19,882 nt of DNA from an uncultured archaeon. GTDB lineage: Archaea; Asgardarchaeota; Heimdallarchaeia; Heimdallarchaeales; Heimdallarchaeaceae. Below the pieces are notes generated by a model. The model ran no database searches. It was not told the DNA's origin and saw nothing but the letters and a program-made list of their open reading frames with translations. Each line of letters begins with the position of its first letter. Position 1 is the first letter of the stretch. The stretch spans positions 1 through 19,882 of the forward strand of contig CAZHRF010000049.1 of the NCBI GenBank assembly GCA_964534625.1, written 5' to 3'. Below are positions 8,384-17,408 of the stretch, piece after piece. A program made the translations under genes and the position numbers.

Positions 8384-9904
8384 TTAGATATATTTAGACT
8401 TGTTTTTGATGATGTTTTCAGCTATATGGACACCATCAATAAAAGAAGTAGGCACACCTTTACTTCCTACATTGGATCCAACAAGGATTACATTATCAAA
8501 AGCATATCTGAACTTTTCCTTAGGTTCATTCTCATGTGGGCCATACCATCCACCCTTCGCTGCAAAAGTATATCTTTCAAATGTTAATGGACTTGCTGCT
8601 TCCTTATATATGATATGTTGAGAGAAGTTGGGAATGATTCTTTCTTCTATCTTTTTGATAATTTTATTCATATAAACTCTCTTTAATTCTTTGTATTTTT
8701 CCTTTCTTTCTTTATTATTTGTTTTCCATTGTTCTTTCCAATCATAAGGAGCCAAAGCTAAGACTATAATAGCTGTTCCATCATCTCTTTTTAAGGAAGG
8801 ATCGATTTTTGAAGGAATTCTAACAGCTAGCCCATCCATTTCAAATTTCTTTTTTAGTATCGGGGTTATTGGGCAATCATAGCTATCTCTTATAGTTATA
8901 TGAGAGGGATAATCTTCCAAAGTAAGGTCAGTAATAAGGAAAACCCCAAAACCAGAGATAGAAGGTTTAATATTCTTAGCTTCCTTTAGTTTTTTTTCTT
9001 CAATTGAATCTCCTAATAATTTCGTATATGTATGAACTAAATCAGCATTAGAAAGAATCAATTGTGCTTTAAATTCTTCACCAGTAGATGTTTGGACTCC
9101 TTCACCCTTCTTATCTTTTACAATAATTTTAGTGACTTCAGTATTATAAATTATGTTTCCCCCTTTTTGTTCAAAAGTATGGGCAAGATTTTGACTAAAC
9201 TCAAGCATACCGCCTTTTGGATAATAATTTCCATAGATGAAAGGATTACCAGCGACTATTACACCTGTGGGAGCAATTATTTCGGATGATGGTGCGCCCA
9301 ACCACAAATTGTAAAAACTTAGTATGGAACGCAATTGCTTATTTGGCAATTTTTTCTCAAGCAATTTTTCAAAAGACATTAGACCATAACGCACTATCGT
9401 TGGACTACGCATCAAAAATTTTAACATTGACCACCAATTTCTCTCATGAACAGTAGGATCTCCTCTCCAAAATTGGTTAGTCATTTTTTTCATTATCTCA
9501 AAATAATTATTAATCTCTTCCTCAGCTGAAGGATACTTTTCAATTAATTCAGATTTGAATTTATTATAATCAGAGTATAAGTTTATTTCCTTATCAGGAT
9601 AAACCATTTTTTCTAGTGTTTCAATCAAAATAAACTCTTGATCAACTTCTAATTTTTTGAGAATTTTTGATAAAGGTTGATTTTCTCCTGCATATATTAC
9701 CCCTTCTGCCCCACCATCAAAGTAATGTCCTTTGCGAGTAAACCCCGTTACAAATCCCCCTGGTCGATCATGTTTTTCTACAATGAGTGTATTCATGTTA
9801 TTTTGTTGAAGTGTAAGTCCAGCCCCTAGACCACCCATTCCACTTCCTATAATAATTACATCATAATCTTGCTCTTTAGAATTATTCATTTTAATCTGTT
9901 CCAT
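8384..9904 (-). CDS. FAD-dependent oxidoreductase, phytoene desaturase (CrtI)/RetSat superfamily, paralog A
   Basis: YDVIIIGSGMGGL, PGGF..F.RKGHYFDGG, YYPKGGM, ILSNAD and SPLTFERYT..GGWYG. Overlaps the M20 stop by 14 nt (alternative start ATG 9889). Confidence 0.92.
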   Translation of the reverse strand: MEQIKMNNSKEQDYDVIIIGSGMGGLGAGLTLQQNNMNTLIVEKHDRPGGFVTGFTRKGHYFDGGAEGVIYAGENQPLSKILKKLEVDQEFILIETLEKMVYPDKEINLYSDYNKFKSELIEKYPSAEEEINNYFEIMKKMTNQFWRGDPTVHERNWWSMLKFLMRSPTIVRYGLMSFEKLLEKKLPNKQLRSILSFYNLWLGAPSSEIIAPTGVIVAGNPFIYGNYYPKGGMLEFSQNLAHTFEQKGGNIIYNTEVTKIIVKDKKGEGVQTSTGEEFKAQLILSNADLVHTYTKLLGDSIEEKKLKEAKNIKPSISGFGVFLITDLTLEDYPSHITIRDSYDCPITPILKKKFEMDGLAVRIPSKIDPSLKRDDGTAIIVLALAPYDWKEQWKTNNKERKEKYKELKRVYMNKIIKKIEERIIPNFSQHIIYKEAASPLTFERYTFAAKGGWYGPHENEPKEKFRYAFDNVILVGSNVGSKGVPTSFIDGVHIAENIIKNKSKYI

Positions 9905-11303
9905 TTTTATTTTTTTTATCTAGTGTTGTTAATATTTTTAGTAAATGCATGGTACTTTTTATGCCTTTCTCGAACCATTCAACCATAAGATTCTCGTTTG
10001 GAGCATGATTACCTTGATCAGGTTGAGCATAGGGTAAAATATATAGTGGTTTTTTTATGATCTTATATAGGTTGTAAATAGGCAGACTACCGCCTGCCAG
10101 AGGTACCTTAACAGGCTTTTTTCCAAATCCATTATATAATGCTTTAGTTAAAATAGCAGTCCATTTTAGATTCATTGGAGTATACATAGGATTCATTGAG
10201 GCTTCAAAAGTGAGTTGGCACCTATTTATCCGTTGTTTCCATCGTTCATCTCTCTCACTTAAAGCTTCAAAATGAGCTCTTATAATCTTTTCAATATTTT
10301 CCGTTGTTTGATTAGGAACTAATCGAATATCAAATTCCACAATAACTTCACTCGGTATGATTGTTTTAGCTTTTTCTAGTACTTCTCCTGCTGCTATACC
10401 TAGAATATTGAAAGTAGGTCGAAACATGACTTTTATTGGAATAGGCAATCCTTGCTCTTCACCAAAAAAATCTATCCCCAGTTTTTTCTTGTATACGTCT
10501 AAGGGTAATTCAAGTTCTTTAGCTGCCAATTGAGCTTCTTTCTCTGGAGTAAAAACATCATCATAAAAATGATTTAACAGGCATCTCCCATTGCTATCTT
10601 TCATCGTCTTAAGGATCTCAACAGCCTCCCAAACAGGATTAGGTTGTATGCCACCATAATTTCCACTATGTTGATCTTGTTTAGCTGTTATTAACCGTAA
10701 TCTAAAACCAAGTATCCCTCTCGCCCCAAATTCAATAGTTGGACGCCAAGAACTATGTGCAGGTCCATCAGAAACCATAACTAAATCAATGTCTTTAAAG
10801 AATTCTTTTTTTTGCATCATTCCTTCATCAATTGAAGGGCTACCCAATTCTTCTTCACCATCAAAAATGAACTTGACATTAGGCATAGGAAGATTATAGC
10901 TTTTTTGAAGATCAACAGCTACTAAATTGGCAAAAAGCTGCCCCTTATTATCTCCAGCTCCACGGGCATAGATTCTACCTTCTTTAATTTTTGGCTTAAA
11001 AGGAGGTGAATCCCATTTATCTAATGGATCAGGCGGTTGTACATCGTAATGCCCATAAATTAGGATGGTGGGCGTATCTTTGCTCCTATTAGAGTTTATT
11101 TCTGCTATTACAAGTGGATTGGAACTTGTTTCTACTACCTCCACATAATCAACAAATTCAGATAAACGTTCTTTTAACCATTCTGCAGTTTTTCTAACCT
11201 CGGAAGAATTGCGGCTTACGCTGGGAATACTTAAAAAATCAAACAAATCAGACATAATAGTTTCTTTATTCTGTTCGAATATGGCAGAAAAATCATTCAT
11301 CAA
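9891..11303 (-). CDS. M20 family metallo-peptidase/amidohydrolase (dipeptidase-like, ArgE/DapE superfamily)
   Basis: Metal and catalytic motifs YGHYDVQP, ARGAGDNKG, GEEELGS, HSG and NHAPNE. The true start is probably ATG 11300. Confidence 0.94.
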   Translation of the reverse strand: MMNDFSAIFEQNKETIMSDLFDFLSIPSVSRNSSEVRKTAEWLKERLSEFVDYVEVVETSSNPLVIAEINSNRSKDTPTILIYGHYDVQPPDPLDKWDSPPFKPKIKEGRIYARGAGDNKGQLFANLVAVDLQKSYNLPMPNVKFIFDGEEELGSPSIDEGMMQKKEFFKDIDLVMVSDGPAHSSWRPTIEFGARGILGFRLRLITAKQDQHSGNYGGIQPNPVWEAVEILKTMKDSNGRCLLNHFYDDVFTPEKEAQLAAKELELPLDVYKKKLGIDFFGEEQGLPIPIKVMFRPTFNILGIAAGEVLEKAKTIIPSEVIVEFDIRLVPNQTTENIEKIIRAHFEALSERDERWKQRINRCQLTFEASMNPMYTPMNLKWTAILTKALYNGFGKKPVKVPLAGGSLPIYNLYKIIKKPLYILPYAQPDQGNHAPNENLMVEWFEKGIKSTMHLLKILTTLDKKNKNGTD

Positions 11304-11323
11304 CTAGTAAACTACATACTAAC

Positions 11324-11329
11324 TTTAAA
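11324..11329 (-). promoter_or_regulatory. Archaeal TATA box of the M20-oxidoreductase operon (probably leaderless mRNA)
   Basis: TTTAAA lies exactly 23 nt upstream of ATG 11300, the same spacing as at 18695-18700. Its context AAATACTATTTA also occurs upstream of 5423. Confidence 0.55.
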
Positions 11330-11564
11330 TAGTATTTGTTGAATTGTATTTTTCAATCTTCATAAACTCAATAGACTTTTTTATTGAGAGGTAATAGATA
11401 AACACCAATTGCATAAGAATCTTTATCAAATAAAAATAAAGAACTGCAAACTTAAACAGAAAACTTGGCGTATTTTCTTCTTTATAATTGACTATTTTGA
11501 TGAATTAGGCGTTGATTTTGCATCTAACAGCGTATTATTTACTGAATGGATTAATAAATTCCCT

Positions 11565-12362
11565 CTAAAGAAAACTATTAATTTGCTGATAGAATCTAAT
11601 CTTATTCCAATTAACATCTGTTTTTCCATAAAGGTTCAAGAAATTTTGCACATATTTTTCGCCAAAATTCCAAGTGATAGACCAAATAACTGCAGCAAGG
11701 TCATAGTATTGGTCATATACCCCTCCATGTATCCAATCAACAAATCCGCTTACAGTATTTGTATGTATCAAAATATTAGGCAGACAATAATCTCCATGAG
11801 AAAAAACCAATTGTTCAGTAAATTCTTTACTTTTTTCTTTTAATCGTGCTAATAATTGATAAGGATCTTCATCTTGCCATTTGATATCAAAATTGTCTAT
11901 CTTCACTAATCCTTTCTTTAAACGCTTTTCCGCTATGCTTAATAAGCGTTTGTTAGTATAAATCAAACTGGGGGGAATGTCTTCATAACTTAATGAATGA
12001 ATTTTGGCTAATCCAGATGCTAACAATACAAGCACCATTCTTCTTTTAGGATACAATCGTTGTGAAAATGACACGACCCCTTTAATTTTCTCTTGTAATA
12101 AGTACTCTTTACCGCCCGTCTTTGAATAGTAAAGCACTTTCGGGACGGGAAGTCTTGAATCTATCCACTTGAGTATTTGACAACTATTCATTAACTCGTA
12201 GCCTGTTTCTGGCTCATTTATTTTTAGATAATATCTTTTCTCTTTATCAGTATCTTGTATCTCATAAACATGGGAGCGAGACTCGCCTATTGTATTCTGG
12301 TGAAATTTACACCCTTTGATCATTAGAGAAAGATCTTCAGGTAAATGGTGGTAATCTATCAC
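11565..12362 (-). CDS. Aminoglycoside 3'-phosphotransferase-like kinase (APH(3') fold)
   Basis: IGES.S.VY, YYLK, LPVPKVL, FSHGDYCLPNIL, GFVDW and D.YYDLA. GTG 12362 gives 265 aa, matching family size. ATG 12386 is an alternative start, and the track start at 12467 looks over-extended. Confidence 0.88.
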   Translation of the reverse strand: MIDYHHLPEDLSLMIKGCKFHQNTIGESRSHVYEIQDTDKEKRYYLKINEPETGYELMNSCQILKWIDSRLPVPKVLYYSKTGGKEYLLQEKIKGVVSFSQRLYPKRRMVLVLLASGLAKIHSLSYEDIPPSLIYTNKRLLSIAEKRLKKGLVKIDNFDIKWQDEDPYQLLARLKEKSKEFTEQLVFSHGDYCLPNILIHTNTVSGFVDWIHGGVYDQYYDLAAVIWSITWNFGEKYVQNFLNLYGKTDVNWNKIRFYQQINSFL

Positions 12363-12555
12363 ATGTCTCAAAAGAAAAAATCCCATTAGATTTATGAAGA
12401 TTGTGTCTATTAGATTTTTTTTAAGAATTTTCTTTTTTGTGTATCTGAAAAGTCGATGCTTGAGCATTTTTTTGATTGAAGGATATCACTCTCCAAATAG
12501 TTTAAGAATCAAGTTTTAAAAAATGAAAGATAAAAGTCACTTATTCTAATGTTTT

Positions 12556-14892
12556 CTACTCCTCTCTTATTGCTTCTGCTAATTTTTGGCTTTGAATAAG
12601 GTGAAACCCAGGATAGGTTGAAACAATTCCTGATATAATACATAATCCTATTGTCAGCAGATAATCCCAGATATTAAAATATAAATCTATTCGAAAGAAA
12701 AATTCAGAGACAATCGAGTTCCAATATACAGTCAATAGATGACCAAAACCTATACCTAGTATTATTGCTATTATAGTTAGAAAAAGTATTTCTATCATCA
12801 ACTGACCCAGTAATTGTTTATTTGAGAATCCAAATGTTTTTTGGAGAGCAATTTCTCGTTGGCGTTCAATTGCTGTTATAAAAGAAGTGGTAAAAATAAT
12901 AATACTGGAAACTATAAATCCTAAGATTATCATCACTTGTACAATTAAAGTCTGGTTTGAAACCAGCTGCTTTATGCGATTATGGCCATAGGATTTAGTT
13001 CTAACGTTTTCTATCTGTGGTTGTTTCATAAGGTATGTATTTGTTTCATCAACATCATTGTCTTTGATTTGTACTAACGCGCTATTAATAGGCATATAAC
13101 CTAGTTCTTGTTCAAGGTCTTCAAGAAACAAGAAAAGAGAAGCAGCTACATCCATATCACGGGATAAGCCTACAATAGTACAATTTATTCGATGTGTACC
13201 AATCCAGAAATCAAATCTATCACCGATTTTCAGATTTAAGCGTTTAGCAATATATTGAGAGAGAACACATTGCATGGATTCAGAAGAATTGATTAAACTC
13301 CCTTCTTGAAGGTCTATTTTAAGTAGAATCGAATTCGACCGAATACCTCGTAAGATGACCAGCATTTCAGGATAGTCTATTGGTTGACCATACCCTTCAA
13401 AGTAAGGTTCAACTTTGGAAATAGAATGGTGATCAATAAAAGAAAGTTGCTCTTCACTAACAAGCATATCATTAAATCTTACTTGTAAATCCCACTGGAT
13501 TTGATGTTCATAATAGGAATCAATAGACCCGTAAATACTCGTTTGAGCTGAAACCAATGAAAAAGACAGTAGTATTGCACCTAGAAAAGCAACAATAGTA
13601 AAAAATGAACGCGAAGGATTACGTAATAGATTACGTAAAGCATATTTAACATTCCAAGGTAAATCTAGTATTTCATGTTTCTGCTTATAAAATCTCGAAC
13701 CGAATTCCGAAGGTTTTCCGCGAAGAGCTTCATAAGGGGTCATTTTAACATTAGATCTAGCTGCGAGATAAGTAAAGAAGAGCACAACAGCGAAAACGGA
13801 TATACATACTTCAACAGAGATAAGAACTGATCGCTCATTAAGAACGGTTAAAACACCCCATCTTCTACCCAGAAGATTTGTAAGAAGAGTTAAAAAATAT
13901 TTGGAGGTGAAAAAACCCAAGCCTATACCTAAAATACTTAAGATTGTACTTCGGAGTAAAAAGGTCTGATAAATAAGTGTTGAAGAGAAGCCAAAAGCAT
14001 AAAGTGTTCCTGTTTGTTTTCTTTGTTCAAATGCATAGCGCTTAGTAATGATATAAATAACAACTCCTGAAACTAGCATAATAATTATTGCTGAAGCGTT
14101 TAGATACTTAGAAGTCAAATTAATAGCATCTTGAAAAACTGCACTTACACTAATTTCTCGCACATGCCAAAAGAAAATTATGGGCGCTCCTGCTTCTTCT
14201 AAAGTTTTACGAAGTTCTTCAGAAACAGAGGTAAGTACATCTCCTGAGACCTCTTCCCAAAAGTAAATAACAATACTATTGTATATGCTTTCTGGGATAT
14301 TAAGTATTTTTCGTAGTGTAGGTTCATAAACAAACAACACCCCATTTTGTTCAAGATAATAACTGAGAAATTCTATGGACTCAACCAATCCTACAATCTT
14401 CAGAACCCATTTACCTGAAAGAGTTAAATTATCGTCGATTCCAAGTCCCATCTCCTCTGCAAATGATGAGAGGAGGACTGTTTCATTTTCTTTTGAAGGC
14501 ATCCTTCCGGATATTAATTTCAATTGGTTAATCTCCAAAGATTTATCAGGATTATAACCTACTATATTTGCTTGATAAGAATCATTATTTTGTCTAATCT
14601 GTCTTCGTGCTATTACTCTTGCTTCAATAAATTCAGGTGGTCGTTCAGTAACTTCAATAATCGTATCATTTATTAAGGGAATAACCGCTTCTGTTGTGTT
14701 ATGAAAGCGTATATCTAAATGACACAACCTATAACGCTCTGAATCTTCACTGAGTGATTTTTCTAGAGAAGGCGCAGTTGAAAACATAGCAATAGGAAAA
14801 GACACAACCAGAAAGATTGCAAAAAAAGAGATGTATGAACGAGAACGATGTTTCCAAAGGTCTCGTAAAACTGATTTAAAGATTTTTTTCAT
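12556..14892 (-). CDS. ABC transporter permease, FtsX/MacB type, with two fused repeats
   Basis: Two copies of the pattern basic helix-TM-large extracellular loop-3 TM (RDLWKHRSRS / RNLLRNPSRS; EQRKQTGTLYAFG / ERQREIALQKTFG). AGGTGA lies 6 nt upstream. Confidence 0.92.
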   Translation of the reverse strand: MKKIFKSVLRDLWKHRSRSYISFFAIFLVVSFPIAMFSTAPSLEKSLSEDSERYRLCHLDIRFHNTTEAVIPLINDTIIEVTERPPEFIEARVIARRQIRQNNDSYQANIVGYNPDKSLEINQLKLISGRMPSKENETVLLSSFAEEMGLGIDDNLTLSGKWVLKIVGLVESIEFLSYYLEQNGVLFVYEPTLRKILNIPESIYNSIVIYFWEEVSGDVLTSVSEELRKTLEEAGAPIIFFWHVREISVSAVFQDAINLTSKYLNASAIIIMLVSGVVIYIITKRYAFEQRKQTGTLYAFGFSSTLIYQTFLLRSTILSILGIGLGFFTSKYFLTLLTNLLGRRWGVLTVLNERSVLISVEVCISVFAVVLFFTYLAARSNVKMTPYEALRGKPSEFGSRFYKQKHEILDLPWNVKYALRNLLRNPSRSFFTIVAFLGAILLSFSLVSAQTSIYGSIDSYYEHQIQWDLQVRFNDMLVSEEQLSFIDHHSISKVEPYFEGYGQPIDYPEMLVILRGIRSNSILLKIDLQEGSLINSSESMQCVLSQYIAKRLNLKIGDRFDFWIGTHRINCTIVGLSRDMDVAASLFLFLEDLEQELGYMPINSALVQIKDNDVDETNTYLMKQPQIENVRTKSYGHNRIKQLVSNQTLIVQVMIILGFIVSSIIIFTTSFITAIERQREIALQKTFGFSNKQLLGQLMIEILFLTIIAIILGIGFGHLLTVYWNSIVSEFFFRIDLYFNIWDYLLTIGLCIISGIVSTYPGFHLIQSQKLAEAIREE

Positions 14893-14898
14893 TTATAC

Positions 14899-14937
14899 TC
14901 ACCTTGTTTGTGTTTTGTCTTTCTTTGGTAATCTCAT
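14899..14937 (-). other. 12-codon mini-ORF (MRLPKKDKTQTR) with its own AGGTGA site
   Basis: AGGTGA at 14952-14947, ATG at 14937, and TGA at 14901-14899 embedded in the permease AGGTGA. In frame with the permease. Confidence 0.35.
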
Positions 14938-14952
14938 TTCTTTCCCTCACCT

Positions 14953-15651
14953 TTATTGATAATAAAAATCTTCTAGTATTTTACCCGAACGGAGTTTAAT
15001 AATCCTATCAGCATATTGTTGCAATTCGTTATCATGAGTAACCAATAGCACTGTCTTATTTTCTTTTTTTGCAATATCACAAATTAATTTCGTGATTAAA
15101 TGCCCAGAATCTTGATCTAATTGTCCAGTAGGTTCATCGACTAATAAAACATCAGGGTTTTTGGCTAAAGCACGAGCTATTGCTACTCGTTGCCTTTCTC
15201 CTCCGGACAATTGTGATGGAAAATTGTTTTTTCTTTCTGTTAAACCTACTTTGTCTAAAAAACTTTCAGAAGTCGAACGAACTTCTCTTTTTGGTAAATC
15301 GGTTAATTCGAGTATCATCTCAATATTTTCTAAAGCTGTCAAAGTAGGAATAAGAGAATAAAATTGGAATACAAATGCCAGGTGATCCTTTCGATATTGC
15401 GTTAATCGTTTAGCATTAAGATTAGAAATTTCTTGATTGCAAACAATTACTTTACCAGTTGTAGGAGTATCAATACCGCCTATTAGATTGAGAAGAGTAG
15501 TTTTACCAGAACCTGATGGACCCATCACAAAAACAATCTCTCCTGATGAAATAGTGAATGAAACATTTTTCAACGCATGAACAGGAACATTACCAAGAAA
15601 ATAAGTCTTGCTTAAATTATTTGAAAGTATTATCGGATCAGTAGGTTCCAT
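14953..15651 (-). CDS. ABC transporter ATP-binding protein (LolD/MacB type)
   Basis: Walker A GPSGSGKT, Q-loop FVFQ, signature LSGGE, Walker B LLVDEPTG and H-loop VTHD. Confidence 0.96.
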   Translation of the reverse strand: MEPTDPIILSNNLSKTYFLGNVPVHALKNVSFTISSGEIVFVMGPSGSGKTTLLNLIGGIDTPTTGKVIVCNQEISNLNAKRLTQYRKDHLAFVFQFYSLIPTLTALENIEMILELTDLPKREVRSTSESFLDKVGLTERKNNFPSQLSGGERQRVAIARALAKNPDVLLVDEPTGQLDQDSGHLITKLICDIAKKENKTVLLVTHDNELQQYADRIIKLRSGKILEDFYYQ

Positions 15652-16175
15652 GTATCTCCATTAATACTACCAAGCGTTTTTATTATATTTTTTTGGGTGT
15701 TTGAAGAGAGATTAATTTTTGAACATTCCAAACGTATATCTTTTAGTGATTTGAAATTGTTGATTTCTAATAGTGAATTATACATATAACAACATCTATG
15801 AGATCCCAATTTTAACACTAAAAGAAGAAGCAGTAGCAGCAATGCTCAGACAACAAAAAGGAAAAAATACTAAGAGTAGGTCCTTTTATTGTTACACCAT
15901 TGAAAAACTGAAAAAATAGCAGTACCAGATTAAAATAGTCCATTTCTTTTAATAATTCTGTGAAAATACTAATTGAATTATTACATAGAAGATCACAAAA
16001 ATAGGCGATATAGTTAATGATCCTTTCCAAGAAGTAACATAATCATGGTTATTATAGATACTAGAGTTCTTTTGGGTACTTTTGGGTACGGGAATTTGGA
16101 TTGGCTATATTGAAAAGGGAGAGAGCAATCTTACATCAATTCTGAAGAAAAATTGGTTTCATGAAACGTTTTTTC

Positions 16176-16213
16176 GCCATTCATCCCACCCTCAAGTGAG
16201 TGGGCATTCTGGC
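16176..16213. mobile_element. Isolated hairpin resembling an IS200/IS605-family end (non-autonomous remnant)
   Basis: GCCA-TTCAT-CCCACCCTC-AAGT-GAGTGGG-CATTC-TGGC is GC-rich in an AT-rich context, with nested stems. It resembles IS200/IS605 subterminal hairpins as I remember them. No transposase is nearby. Confidence 0.5.
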
Positions 16214-16318
16214 TAGGTAAGGTAAAAATAATAAACTTTAATCACCAGTTTTTATTGGACTAAATGTCCATATAAATGAGTTAATATTTACTAGTCACAA
16301 AGTTATTTAGGTGAAAGA

Positions 16319-16600
16319 ATGGAAGAAAATATAATTAGAATTATAACTGAAATTCTTAAAAAAAATGACGCAATCAAAGTGTCCATTTTCGGTTCATTTG
16401 CAAGAGGAGAAGAGAGAGAGGAGAGTGATATTGATCTTCTGGTAGAGTTTGCTAGTAAAAAAAGTTTGCTAGATGTCATAAGAATAGAAAGAGAACTGAC
16501 TGAATCTTTGAATAGGAAAGTAGAAATAGTTACAGAGAAGGCTATTAGCCCTTACATGATATCCTCAATCAAGAACGAAATGGTGACAATATATGGGTAA
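16319..16600 (+). CDS. mntA: Minimal nucleotidyltransferase antitoxin (MNT) of an MNT-HEPN toxin-antitoxin pair
   Basis: FGSFARG...SDIDLLV motif, 93 aa, AGGTGA at 16309-16314, and an 8-nt overlap with the HEPN gene. Confidence 0.93.
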   Translation: MEENIIRIITEILKKNDAIKVSIFGSFARGEEREESDIDLLVEFASKKSLLDVIRIERELTESLNRKVEIVTEKAISPYMISSIKNEMVTIYG

Positions 16601-16934
16601 GAAAGAGGATAGTATCTACATAAGACACATCTATGATGCTATCTTAAGAATTGAAGAATATACTAAAGGTTTTACTTATGATACATTTATATCTCACAAT
16701 TTGGTGCAAGATGGAGTAATTAGGCAATTAATGATAATTGGGGAAGCTTCAAAACTTATTTCACGAGAAGTAAAAAACAAGTATACCCAAATACCTTGGA
16801 AAGATATAGCTGGAATGAGAGATAAATTGATCCATGCTTACTTTGGAATAGATGTAGATTTAGTATGGGGAGTTTTGGAGCATGAATTGAAGGAATTGAA
16901 AAACAGTATCTGTATAATGCTTAAAAAGGAATAA
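16593..16934 (+). CDS. hepT: HEPN ribonuclease toxin (DUF86/HepT)
   Basis: IIGEA and IPWKDIAGMRDKLIHAYFGID, which carries an intact Rx4HxY motif. Confidence 0.94.
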   Translation: MGKKEDSIYIRHIYDAILRIEEYTKGFTYDTFISHNLVQDGVIRQLMIIGEASKLISREVKNKYTQIPWKDIAGMRDKLIHAYFGIDVDLVWGVLEHELKELKNSICIMLKKE

Positions 16935-17408
16935 AAGGAGATTATTAACTACTATCCATCATTATACAAGTCCTCTAGTCTTTTTTGTTTATCTTGTGCC
17001 CTCATTATTTTTTTTGCCTAGTTTTTTTCCTCACTCATTTTCTCTCCCTTATCCCTTCTTTGATTCAATTTTTAAGTCATTTTCACGGTGTTTATAAAGG
17101 AGTACGTTCTCCTTTGGAAAGGAAAAAGAAAGAAATTACTAGTTAAAAATTGTCTAATATCTGATCTAGTAGCAAGTATTGAACAAATAGATCTACTAGG
17201 GCACCGATAAGGTATTCTATAAAGAGAATAAGGAGGAGAAACACGAAACTGTACATCAGTGATTTTTTGATAGAGGTTTTGATAGATTCAGGCTAAACTA
17301 TATCTACATACTTAATATGAGGTGTTAGTTGTAAACTCGAATGCCTGCATAAATGTTGCTGAGGCTATAAAAAACAAAGGAAGAAAAGCCAAAAAAACTA
17401 TGGCTTAT

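Noticed and set aside
11409-11843. 144-aa plus-strand ORF
   Set aside because: TTG start, overlaps the catalytic half of the APH-like gene in antisense, and has shadow-like composition.
15630-16030. Two 70-aa minus-strand ORFs
   Set aside because: Non-ATG starts, low-complexity or Cys/Phe-rich composition and no motifs.
16256-16270. TGGAC-N5-GTCCA as the TA operator
   Set aside because: The arms are only 5 bp and cannot be distinguished from chance.
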